Shown: positions 7,948 to 15,895, numbered from the stretch's first letter. The stretch is DNA of 18,983 nucleotides from Abditibacteriaceae bacterium (GCA_031372065.1 JANMKN010000202.1:1-18983), one strand, 5' to 3'. Notes: generated by a model from the letters alone, not told the origin. Numbers and translations are program-made.

Positions 7948-9432
7948 TTACGTTAATTCGGTATGAACTTCACATTCGAAGGTGCGCATCCACGGCAGCG
8001 TTACATCGCAGCGCGTTAGCTCGCCTTTGAAATGACGGCGCGCTAAGGCTTGGGCGAAGCCTTTAATTTCGCGCCGCGTTTGCGCTTCGATGTTTTCGCC
8101 GCCGATGCCCATGTTTAACGGCGATAAGCCGTGATCCCGCGCTGTTTTCTCGACGCGGCTACGCACGTTCGATTGATAGCACCAATCGTCAAGCAAGCGA
8201 TCCAAAACAAAAACTCGATTCAAATCGGCGGTATTCACAAAGCCTTGTTCCGGCCCGCCACGCAAAAGCGCCGCGCATTGCGCTAAAACAGTGCCCGTTG
8301 TGTTGCCTGCCGTGTTCCATGCCCCAAAAACTGCGATTTTACCGAGCAAACGCCGCTGATCGAGTTCATTGAGCAGCAAATTATCGGCGCCATTGGGAAA
8401 AGCAACATCACAAAGCGCCACACGCCGCCCGTTTTCAATGGCGATCTGAATCGCCGTTAAGAAAGTTTCCAAATGATTGGCGCGGCTGGCACGCTCGGTT
8501 TCGCCTTCGTCTTTTTGATAGCCGCCCACAGACGCGTTGACGAACAAATCAAAATCGCCATCGCCTTCTTCGACAATCGTGCCGCGCATCGCCGCGATAT
8601 GCTCACGCAAGGCTTGATCATAAGGCCGGTCTTCAAAGGGCGCGATGTGACGCGCGTGCGCCGAATTCGACCAATGAACACGAAAACGCACGCCGATGTT
8701 CCAATGGCGCGCCAATAAAGTCAGCGACGCCTCATCGGCACCGGGATGCAACGACATTTTGTCGGCAACACCTAATTTTTGGGCGCGCGCCATCAAAATA
8801 TCTTGCTCTTGGCGATGGAGGCCATATTCGGCGGCGTCTTCCTGCGTAATCAGCAGATATTGAAATACGCCTTGCGCCAGCCATTCGATCATTTGCAAAT
8901 TAATGGCGTGATTGCGCGCGCGCGCCGCGTGGTAATCGTCCAAAATTTCCGGCGGAATTTGCGCGATGACGCTTTCCAATTCTTGCTGCAAATGTTCGGA
9001 ATTAAAGCGCTCCGCTTCATCGGCGAGGCGCGCATAACGCATGATATTGTAATAATTGGTCGCCGCCGCTTCGGATTCCATCGTGACGGCAAGGCGCATC
9101 AAAATGCTGAAACCATAAATCGGCGTTTGCGGATGCGCCTCATGCCATTTTTTGAGAACTTGCAGGTTCTCAAGCGCATTTTGCAGTGGCGGCGTGCCAC
9201 GACGCGAGGCGACTAAGCCGCCGTAGGCCAACATATCCGACGATACAATCAGGCCTTCGACTGCGGGCAGGGCGTTCAGCCATTGCGCCAGCGCCAATGG
9301 TTGGCCGGGTGTAGTGAAGTAACCCAATATTTCGTTGGGGGGAACAATCAGTTCCATCGCGCCGATGGCGGCAATTTGTTGTGGAAACCGGACGTTGCAA
9401 GGTCGGTTGTCAAGCGGAATTAAAGCGAGCAT
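7948..9432 (-). CDS. DUF4127 family protein
   Basis: N-terminal LIPLDNRPCN, SSDMLAYGGLVASR, HPGADE, DVAFPNGAD, AWNTAGNTTG and C-terminal LPWMRTFE match the DUF4127 pattern as I recall it. Confidence 0.8.
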   Translation of the reverse strand: MLALIPLDNRPCNVRFPQQIAAIGAMELIVPPNEILGYFTTPGQPLALAQWLNALPAVEGLIVSSDMLAYGGLVASRRGTPPLQNALENLQVLKKWHEAHPQTPIYGFSILMRLAVTMESEAAATNYYNIMRYARLADEAERFNSEHLQQELESVIAQIPPEILDDYHAARARNHAINLQMIEWLAQGVFQYLLITQEDAAEYGLHRQEQDILMARAQKLGVADKMSLHPGADEASLTLLARHWNIGVRFRVHWSNSAHARHIAPFEDRPYDQALREHIAAMRGTIVEEGDGDFDLFVNASVGGYQKDEGETERASRANHLETFLTAIQIAIENGRRVALCDVAFPNGADNLLLNELDQRRLLGKIAVFGAWNTAGNTTGTVLAQCAALLRGGPEQGFVNTADLNRVFVLDRLLDDWCYQSNVRSRVEKTARDHGLSPLNMGIGGENIEAQTRREIKGFAQALARRHFKGELTRCDVTLPWMRTFECEVHTELT

Positions 9433-9437
9433 GGAAT

Positions 9438-9540
9438 TCAGTTGTCAGTGGTCGGTGATCGGTGATCGGTGATCAAAAATAAAATTCGTAAAGTTCGCAT
9501 CAGGTCTGCGAATGCCGACCACTGCTCACCGACAACCGAC
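9438..9540. repeat. Heptamer tandem repeats, inverted pair
   Basis: TCAGTTG TCAGTGG TCGGTGA TCGGTGA TCGGTGA (9438-9472), with a complementary arm CCGACCA CTGCTCA CCGACAA CCGAC (9515-9540). Confidence 0.75.
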
Positions 9541-9566
9541 TTTAGATCACTGAATTATACCGTTTT

Positions 9567-10136
9567 TCACTGATCTTCGAGAGGTTTGCTCAAATTCTGA
9601 GCGAGAGAATTACTGGCTTGACCCGAAATTTTGCGCGGTGGCAGCAGGTAAATTTTATTTAATAAAGTGCGCGCCGCTTCGTGCTGCGGGTTCAAGCGCA
9701 GTTCGGCCTTGAGGGCGTCCATCGCTTTTTGGTAAAGCTCTTGTTTGTAATAGGCGACGGCTAAATTATAGTGCGCATCTTTCCAATTGGGGCGGTCAGA
9801 AACTAATTTTTCAAGTGTTTTGATGGCCTCGTCGTTTTGCCCTACAGCATCGTAGCAGGCGGCTAAATTGAGCAAAGCCGAGGTATTTTGTTCATCGAAG
9901 GCCAACACATAGCGCAAATGCGTGATCGCTTCTTCGGCCTTACCTGACATATAAAGCGCGGCACCGAGATTGAGTCGCCCTTCCAAACGCGATGGCTCCA
10001 ATTCCTGCGCCTCGCGCATGATTTCCGCCGCGCGTTCGTAGCGTTTGCGCTCCATCAGGCGCTGTCCTTGTTTCCACAAAAACTCAGCGCGCGTCGCGTT
10101 GGCGTCTTTAGGTTGTCGCTTTTGCCAGAACCACAT
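9567..10136 (-). CDS. Tetratricopeptide repeat protein
   Basis: Four TPR-like units (e.g. GRLNLGAALYMSGKAEEAI, AHYNLAVAYYKQELYQKAM). Start moved to ATG 10136 because the longer ORF overlaps the upstream gene and a repeat hairpin. Confidence 0.85.
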   Translation of the reverse strand: MWFWQKRQPKDANATRAEFLWKQGQRLMERKRYERAAEIMREAQELEPSRLEGRLNLGAALYMSGKAEEAITHLRYVLAFDEQNTSALLNLAACYDAVGQNDEAIKTLEKLVSDRPNWKDAHYNLAVAYYKQELYQKAMDALKAELRLNPQHEAARTLLNKIYLLPPRKISGQASNSLAQNLSKPLEDQ

Positions 10137-10140
10137 AAGA

Positions 10141-10202
10141 GTGCGGAATGTGGAATGCAGAATGCGGAATGATTTCGCATTCCGCACTCCGTATTCCGCA
10201 TT
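10141..10202. repeat. Heptamer tandem repeats forming an intergenic hairpin
   Basis: GTGCGGA ATGTGGA ATGCAGA ATGCGGA followed by TTCGCAT TCCGCAC TCCGTAT TCCGCAT. Confidence 0.8.
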
Positions 10203-10203
10203 T

Positions 10204-10569
10204 TTAATATTCTTCGTTTTCGTCGTCTTCGCCGACATCGGGTTCGCCGTCGGAAAATGATTCCAATTCCTGACCGCGAAAAACGGTGACCAAGAAATCT
10301 TCGCGCGCGAATTGCGGCAAATGCGACGACACAATATCTTGATCTATCAAATCAATTAAATCGCCTTGCTGTTCGTTATCGAGGTCTTTTTCGATAATCA
10401 GCGTGGCGTTAATCAAATCGGGGCCAAAATGAATGTCCACTTGGCCCAAACGCACATCGTCCTGCCAGATAATGTAAACCTCAGACGAGTTGGTGCGCAC
10501 GACGCGCACCAAGCGCACGTCCAATGCAGCAGCGCGGTCACGAGCGCGCGGTTTGTCGCCTTGAGCCAT
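10204..10569 (-). CDS. Conserved hypothetical acidic protein
   Basis: 121-aa ORF with AGGA RBS, globular composition and acidic tail. TATAAT lies upstream (10623-10618). No family recognised. Confidence 0.75.
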   Translation of the reverse strand: MAQGDKPRARDRAAALDVRLVRVVRTNSSEVYIIWQDDVRLGQVDIHFGPDLINATLIIEKDLDNEQQGDLIDLIDQDIVSSHLPQFAREDFLVTVFRGQELESFSDGEPDVGEDDENEEY

Positions 10570-10706
10570 ATCAATTCCTATTTTCCCGTTTTCTTATTGC
10601 GCGTCCTTCATATGCCGATTATAACCAAATTTTCACGCCTCTCGCAATTATAAGGTGCCTTAGCCTTAACGTTTTAAGAACGGATAGGTTGGGTAAAATG
10701 CTTGAT

Positions 10707-12413
10707 GTGAACGGAATTGTCGACCCCGATGCCCCATCAGACGCCATAACACTGGCTTCCATAGACAAAATCGAAAAACGGCGCCTGCGCTGGTTGATGG
10801 TCATTTTTCTATTAATCGCCACCGTGCCCTATTTGTGGGCCGCTGCCATCACACCGCCCGGCTTCGTTTATAGCGGCTTGCTTTTCAGTCCCGACGACCA
10901 AAATGTGCATCTGATGTGGGCGCGCCAAGCCGCCGAAGGCCATTTTTTCGTGCAGGATTTGTTCACCACCGAGCATCTCACTACGGGAGAAAAACCGCTT
11001 TTTAACAACCTACTGACAACATTGATCGGCGCGCTTTCTTGGCCGCTTTTTTCGCTGATAATTTCTTACCATGCGCTTCGCATGGCGGCGGGCGCCCTAT
11101 GCTTATGGTGTTTTTATGGCTTGGCCGCGCAATTAACTTCCGACAAGCGAATCCGTTTTTTCGCCACCGTTTTGGCCGCCTTTTCATCGGGCGGCGGCTG
11201 GCTGCGCGATGTGTTGCCTTTTTGGGTCAATCGTGCTTGGATAGACCGGCCCGACAACACCAATTTTCCTATGATGCCGGAAGGGTTTGCCTCTCCGTCG
11301 CTTTTTATTTTTCCGCTCAACGCGGCATCGTTGGCGTTGTTAGCCCTGATTTATCACTGCGTTTTGCGCGCGCAAAACGGCGAAAAAAGCGCCTTAAAAA
11401 TTGGTTTTGTCGCTGCGTTTCTGCTTTCCAATATTCACACTTACGATGCGTTACCTTTAGGCGCGACTTTACTGCTTTGGGCACTTTTTTGCGGCTTAAA
11501 AGAGAAAAAATTGGCCTTCGCGCCGCTAATTATCGCTTCCGGCACACTGTTGCCGCTGATTTATCAGGTTTATGTGTTCAAAAACAGCAGCGAATTTAAA
11601 TTAAAGGCGATAACGGTCACCGCGCCGCCACCTTTGCCCGATGTTTTGCTGTCTTACACCCCGCTTTTGCTTTTGGCGCTCTATGGCGCGTGGACAATGC
11701 GACAAAATCAATCAGCACGTTTGCTCGTGCTTTGGGCACTTGTCACCCTTGTTTCGATTTACGCGCCGCTTTCCTTTGGCCGTAAAATGATCGAAGGCTT
11801 TCATTTGCCGCTTTGCTTTTTTGCCGCAGTAGCGGTTTTTGCATTGCTGAAAAACCGCACGCCCATTTTGCAACGCACTTTTGCCGCGTTTTGCGGCCTG
11901 CTATTGTGCCTTTCGTCGTTGCAATTTGTCGCTTGGTGCTTGGCTGATGCGCCCAAAAGCATCGTGCCCTATCGCGGCAATATGCCGCCGCTTTATTTAT
12001 CGGTTTTCGACGACCAAGTGCTATTTGATTTAAACAAGCAATATCAAAAAGACAAAGCCCTAAATAAGCCACCCAGTGCGGTATTGAGTTTGTATTTTGT
12101 CGGCAATTACATTCCGCAAAAAACCGGCTATCATGCCTTTTTAGGCCATTGGGCCGAAACTTTGGAATTCAAGCGCAAATCCGCCGAGGTTCACGCATTT
12201 TATCAAGGACGAATGCCGCGCGCCGAAGCATTGGAATGGCTGCATAAAAATCACATTCGCTATGTGTTTTTTGGTTTTTATGAGGCGCATTTATTTTCGT
12301 CAAACCAGCCGCTACACGATTTGTTGGGCAAGTCAATTATCTATCGTGGCCCAAACGAAATGGAATCTTCTAACAATCCCTCAGCTGTAGTGTTTGAAGT
12401 GCCCGACAAATAA
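10707..12413 (+). CDS. Polytopic membrane protein, probable GT-C fold glycosyltransferase-like
   Basis: About 11-13 hydrophobic segments, a DD motif after TM1 (SPDDQNVH), and a C-terminal periplasmic domain (…LHKNHIRYVFFG). Start is GTG 10707 or ATG 10698; the ORF-track start at 10524 overlaps the divergent gene. Confidence 0.65.
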   Translation: MNGIVDPDAPSDAITLASIDKIEKRRLRWLMVIFLLIATVPYLWAAAITPPGFVYSGLLFSPDDQNVHLMWARQAAEGHFFVQDLFTTEHLTTGEKPLFNNLLTTLIGALSWPLFSLIISYHALRMAAGALCLWCFYGLAAQLTSDKRIRFFATVLAAFSSGGGWLRDVLPFWVNRAWIDRPDNTNFPMMPEGFASPSLFIFPLNAASLALLALIYHCVLRAQNGEKSALKIGFVAAFLLSNIHTYDALPLGATLLLWALFCGLKEKKLAFAPLIIASGTLLPLIYQVYVFKNSSEFKLKAITVTAPPPLPDVLLSYTPLLLLALYGAWTMRQNQSARLLVLWALVTLVSIYAPLSFGRKMIEGFHLPLCFFAAVAVFALLKNRTPILQRTFAAFCGLLLCLSSLQFVAWCLADAPKSIVPYRGNMPPLYLSVFDDQVLFDLNKQYQKDKALNKPPSAVLSLYFVGNYIPQKTGYHAFLGHWAETLEFKRKSAEVHAFYQGRMPRAEALEWLHKNHIRYVFFGFYEAHLFSSNQPLHDLLGKSIIYRGPNEMESSNNPSAVVFEVPDK

Positions 12414-12454
12414 AAAAAGCCAGCGCGAAATCTGATTTCGCGCTGGCTTTTTTT
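12412..12454. terminator. Bidirectional intrinsic terminator between the membrane protein gene and the tRNA
   Basis: A7-GCCAGCGCGAAATC-T-GATTTCGCGCTGGC-T7, a perfect inverted repeat. Confidence 0.9.
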
Positions 12455-12504
12455 ATTTTTGCAGTAGGCCGAGAGGGATTTGAACCCCCAACCAAGGCAT
12501 TATG

Positions 12505-13088
12505 CTTACCACTACAACTTTCGTTGCCTTTCGTTTGTGGTCTGGACTATCTCTTCTCTTTACGAGTCTCCCGTTTAGTCTCTGCACCTTCCATTTCTGG
12601 CTTGGCTCAGGATTACCATATCTTTCGATTTAGGCTTCCCTGAATTTGAGAGATTCTATCTCAGAACTCAACATTATGAACCGTGTCATAATCTGCGATT
12701 CCAAGACAACCCATTCAAAGGACTATATGAACTGTTCTGTCTGCGGGACGCCTCTTAAAGGCAAACAAACCAAATACTGCTCGAAGCAATGTAAGTTTAA
12801 ATCTGACAACAACCGAAATCAGAATTATACAAAGCAACAAGAACGAGGCCGTAAAAGAAAACTCTCTTTGATAGAGGCGGCGGGTGGTAAGTGCTGCCTT
12901 TGTGGTTATTGTAAAAACCCCAATGCTTTATCCTTCCACCACTTAGACCCAGCCAAAAAGAATTTCAATTTGGACATCAGAAGCTGCTCTAATAAAACCG
13001 TTGACAGTTTGAAAAAAGAAGCCTCTCAATGTATTTTGGTGTGCTTAAATTGTCATGCAGAAATTCACAGCGATAATCCTCCCTCTTG
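12505..13088 (-). mobile_element. Group I self-splicing intron (IC3-like), 584 nt, in the tRNA anticodon loop
   Basis: Minus-strand core motifs: P AAATTCAGGGAA (12647-12636), Q AATCCTGAGC (12614-12605), R GTGCAGAGACTAAA (12587-12574), S AAGAGATAGTCC (12555-12544). P4 TTCAGG/CCTGAG, P7 GACTA/TAGTC, P3 TCTCTC/GGGAGA. The 5' exon ends in U and the intron ends in G (12505). Confidence 0.93.
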
Positions 13089-13089
13089 A
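12727..13089 (+). CDS. HNH endonuclease, putative intron-encoded homing endonuclease, antisense to the intron
   Basis: AAAGGA RBS before ATG 12727 (120 aa). N-terminal CSVCG…KYCSKQC zinc finger; C-terminal CCLCGY…LSFHHLDP…CILVCLNCHAEIH HNH/zinc module. Basic, and visibly more AT-rich than its neighbours. Confidence 0.88.
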   Translation: MNCSVCGTPLKGKQTKYCSKQCKFKSDNNRNQNYTKQQERGRKRKLSLIEAAGGKCCLCGYCKNPNALSFHHLDPAKKNFNLDIRSCSNKTVDSLKKEASQCILVCLNCHAEIHSDNPPS

Positions 13090-13134
13090 GTGCCCTGCTC
13101 TAACCCTTGAGCTATCGGCCCCTTAGCGCCAATT

Positions 13135-13143
13135 ATTCTACCA
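13135..13143 (-). promoter_or_regulatory. Extended -10 promoter for the tRNA
   Basis: The minus strand reads TGG TAGAAT (TGn + -10), 13 nt upstream of the tRNA 5' end. Confidence 0.6.
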
Positions 13144-13158
13144 AACAAAGAAGCGAAC

Positions 13159-13209
13159 GGCAGGATGCTCGATGCTCGATAGTGAAAATCCTGCATCCTG
13201 CCTCCCGAT
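13159..13209. repeat. Heptamer repeat hairpin between the sigma gene and the tRNA
   Basis: GGCAGGA TGCTCGA TGCTCGA … TCCTGCA TCCTGCC TCCCGA. Confidence 0.6.
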
Positions 13210-14496
13210 TCACTCTTCGCCAAAAGCATCGGCGAGCGGCGTGCCTTGCGTGCGGCGGCGCAGTTTGCGCAAGGCACGGACTTCGAGTTGGCGCACGCGT
13301 TCGCGTGAGATTCTCATCTGCAAAGCCACATCTTCCGGTGTTTGCGCGCCATCATCGGCATAGTCACCGATGCCAAAACGCTTGCAAATTACCACGCGTT
13401 CGAGGCCGGACAGAGTTTCGAGAGCGTGCCCTAATTCCGTATGCAATTCGCTGCGCGAAACGCGAATTTCAGTTTCGTCGCCTTCGCCGCCCACAATGTC
13501 AGAAAGCTCCATGTGTTCGTCGTCCCCAACGGGCGAATCAAGCGAAAGCGGCTGCATAGAAGCGCGCATCGCTTCTTCCACGAGACTGAGCGGTATCCCA
13601 GAGGCTTCGGCGATTTCGATGCGCGAGGGAGAACGCCCCAAATTTTGCGATAATTCGCCTTGCACGCGGCGCACTTTCTGCATTACCGCATAAATATGTC
13701 CCGGCAAGCGCATCGAACGCGCTTGGTCGGACATGGCGCGATTAATGGACTGACGAATCCACCACGTCACATAAGTGCTAAGACGTTGCCCGCGCTCAGG
13801 GTCGAAGCGCTCGACGCCGCGCATCAGGCCAATCATGCCTTCCTGCACAATATCCAGCATTGGCAAAGTGGTGCGATCACCGTAGCGGCGCGCCACGAAA
13901 ACAACAAGGCGCCAGTTGGCCTCGACTAATTTTTGCTTCGCTGTTTCCTGCTCTTGTGGCGAACCATTTTTCACCAAAAGCGCCATGCGATGCTCTTCTT
14001 CAGGCGAAATGCGCTCAAATTGCGCCATGCGCTGCATATATTGCTTGTAGGCGTCCTCGACGGGGCGGCTATCGAAATCTTCGTCGTCCAACGTTGAAGG
14101 AGGCGCGGCGCCAGCGGCGAGAATTTCCTCCCAGTTTTCAAGGCGCGTCGCCATGATTTCTTCGAGTGAATTAATTGAGGCCAAGACATCATCCAAGTCA
14201 CTGTTGGCGTCATCTTTGTCAGCGCTCTTGTCAGCGACTTTTGCGATTTTTTTTGGTCGCGCGGTAGCTTTTGGCGCTTTGACTTTGGGGGTTGTGGCCG
14301 GACGCGGCTCGTCCACAACGGCAATGGCGCGTTCGTCCAGCGCCTCGAAAAGTTCTTCGGCGGCCAGTTCATCGAGCGCCAAATCGCCCAGCAGTTCGTT
14401 AATTTCTTCGTATGATAAGCGTCCGGCCCGCGCGCCGCGTTCGATAAGGTCAAGCACGCGCGGTTCTTCCAGAAGCGGTTTTAATGGTGAATTCAC
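13210..14496 (-). CDS. RpoD/SigA-family sigma-70 factor, divergent paralog
   Basis: Region 1.1-like GRLSYEEINELL; region 2 KLVEANWRLVV…DIVQEGMIGLMRGVERFD…STYVTWWIRQSINRAMSDQAR; region 3 PLSLDSPVG; region 4 ISRERVRQLEVRALRKLR. Confidence 0.9.
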   Translation of the reverse strand: MNSPLKPLLEEPRVLDLIERGARAGRLSYEEINELLGDLALDELAAEELFEALDERAIAVVDEPRPATTPKVKAPKATARPKKIAKVADKSADKDDANSDLDDVLASINSLEEIMATRLENWEEILAAGAAPPSTLDDEDFDSRPVEDAYKQYMQRMAQFERISPEEEHRMALLVKNGSPQEQETAKQKLVEANWRLVVFVARRYGDRTTLPMLDIVQEGMIGLMRGVERFDPERGQRLSTYVTWWIRQSINRAMSDQARSMRLPGHIYAVMQKVRRVQGELSQNLGRSPSRIEIAEASGIPLSLVEEAMRASMQPLSLDSPVGDDEHMELSDIVGGEGDETEIRVSRSELHTELGHALETLSGLERVVICKRFGIGDYADDGAQTPEDVALQMRISRERVRQLEVRALRKLRRRTQGTPLADAFGEE

Positions 14497-14573
14497 ACCT
14501 CAGATTTTACCGCAACTTCGCAAGCTTCGACTGCCTCTGCACACCAGTTCCAAGCCTGCCACAATTTCTAACA

Positions 14574-14602
14574 TTGTGAAGCGTTGGCGACACGGCTATA
14601 AT
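14574..14602 (+). promoter_or_regulatory. Putative rpoZ promoter
   Basis: TTGTGA, 17-nt spacer, TATAAT. Confidence 0.6.
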
Positions 14603-14675
14603 TAATAGGCTTTGGAACACGGTTCTGGGAATCAGTGGGTCAGAGCAATTTTTGAATGGAGCAAATGACTCGCTC

Positions 14676-14924
14676 ATGCCGCAAGATAATATCACCGAAT
14701 TGAAAAAGCGCGTGCCCGGTGGCAAGTATGCCTTGGCCCGTGCCCTCGCCGAACGTGCCCGCCAGTTGCAAAACGGCGCCACGCCCCTCACTGCCGTCAA
14801 AGTCGCAAACCCACTATCCACCGCCATCGAAGAAATTCTCGAAGGCAAAGTGACCTTCGATTTTAAAAACGAAGAAGAAACCAAAGCGGCGATAGCCAAC
14901 GAAGCCGCCAAGTTGCTGACTTAA
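14676..14924 (+). CDS. rpoZ: RNA polymerase omega subunit
   Basis: KYALARALAERARQL…PL…NPLSTAIEEILEGKV matches the omega consensus. Start is ATG 14676 (alternative TTG 14652). Confidence 0.85.
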   Translation: MPQDNITELKKRVPGGKYALARALAERARQLQNGATPLTAVKVANPLSTAIEEILEGKVTFDFKNEEETKAAIANEAAKLLT

Positions 14925-15160
14925 TCGGTTGACTTGAATCGCGCCGTTCGCTGGAATTTGCAAAGGCCGACTCTTAACAAATCGTGCCATTTTCAGGGTC
15001 GGTCTGTCACATTTCTTCACATTTGAAATTGCAACCGTTTTGCGCCGCTGCTGTCTTAGATGCCATCTCATTGGTCAAGATACAGCGGCGCATTGGGTTT
15101 CAAATCTGACACTCAAACCACTATCTGTTGTATCCACAACCGCCTCAAGGATGTCTCTTC

Positions 15161-15895
15161 ATGGTTTCGTTTCGCCTCGCTGATAAGGTTCGCCTCAAGT
15201 CCCGTCGCAATGTTCATAACCAATTGGGCGGCTTTACCTTGATTGAACTCTTGGTCGTCATAGCGATAATTTCGATCCTTGCTTCAATGCTGTTTCCGGC
15301 CTTTTCGCGTGCCCGCGAATCGGCACGTCGCATTGATTGCATCAACAATTTGAAGCAAATTGGCATCGCTGTCGCCATGTATGTAAACGACTGGGACGAG
15401 CGCTATCCCATTGGCTATCCTTATTGGTCGGCACCGGGCAATGTGCCCAATCAACCGCAACTCTCCCAAACACTCTACACCTACACCAAGAGTTATCAAG
15501 TGTGGAACTGCAAATCGTGGACGGGGCTTTACCGGCCCGAAACTGATGAAGGCAACTACAGTTTCGTCGTTTTGGAAACCGATGAATCGTCTTCTACCAT
15601 AAAGAACCAAATGATTGGCGTGCCCTTTCCCGGTGCCGGTGGCGGTTTGTATCAGCGGGCACGCGGAGATTCATCTTTGCAAGACCCGACGCGCTATCCT
15701 CTTCTCTTTTGTGGTGCAGGTCCGCAACAGGTGCCCGAAGAAATTCATGGACACACTTTAGTGGGCGATGCAGCATGGGCTAATGGCGCTATCAGTGGCA
15801 CCAACGTGCTTTATGGCGACCAACACGCCAAATGGTGGAAGGGCAACCGTCCCAACTGGGACACTTTTTATCACACACCGATTAACGGCAATTAG
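15161..15895 (+). CDS. Prepilin-type N-terminal cleavage/methylation domain protein (DUF1559, H-X9-DG-like C-terminus)
   Basis: [45 protein letters not shown] and C-terminal [21 protein letters not shown] precedes ATG 15161. Confidence 0.9.
   Translation: MVSFRLADKVRLKSRRNVHNQLGGFTLIELLVVIAIISILASMLFPAFSRARESARRIDCINNLKQIGIAVAMYVNDWDERYPIGYPYWSAPGNVPNQPQLSQTLYTYTKSYQVWNCKSWTGLYRPETDEGNYSFVVLETDESSSTIKNQMIGVPFPGAGGGLYQRARGDSSLQDPTRYPLLFCGAGPQQVPEEIHGHTLVGDAAWANGAISGTNVLYGDQHAKWWKGNRPNWDTFYHTPINGN

Larger units (their letters stand above)
12465..13121 (-). tRNA. tRNA(CAU), most likely tRNA-Ile2 (lysidine), intron-containing; exons 13121-13089 and 12504-12465
   Basis: Joined exons give GGGCCGATAGCTCAAGGGTTAGAGCAGGGCACT|CATAATGCCTTGGTTGGGGGTTCAAATCCCTCTCGGCCTA (73 nt). 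Acceptor GGGCCGA/TCGGCCT, D stem GCTC/GAGC, anticodon stem GGGCA/TGCCT with loop CTCATAA, T loop TTCAAAT. CCA is not encoded. It lacks the fMet C1:A72 mismatch and the three G-C pairs, and has C4-G69 and C5-G68 as in Ile2. Confidence 0.93.

Noticed and set aside
10137..10334. N-terminal extension of the TPR ORF
   Set aside because: It overlaps the upstream gene in another frame and reads through the heptamer hairpin.
10524..10697. N-terminal extension of the 629-aa membrane ORF
   Set aside because: It overlaps the divergent gene and its promoter region.
12646..12726. Longer N-terminus of the HNH ORF (TTG 12646 or ATG 12676)
   Set aside because: It overlaps the intron's structured region and lacks an RBS. 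ATG 12727 has AAAGGA and starts right at the zinc finger.
12505..13088. Prophage or integrative-element att duplication, or an IS, as the reason for the split tRNA
   Set aside because: The two halves are complementary rather than duplicated. There is no integrase, transposase or terminal repeat, and group I core motifs with U/G boundaries are present.
12465..13121. Initiator tRNA-fMet assignment
   Set aside because: Position 1:72 is G-U rather than a C:A mismatch, and the anticodon stem lacks the three consecutive G-C pairs.
14507..14911. 134-aa minus-strand ORF upstream of the sigma gene
   Set aside because: It is the antisense shadow of rpoZ and crosses the divergent promoter region.
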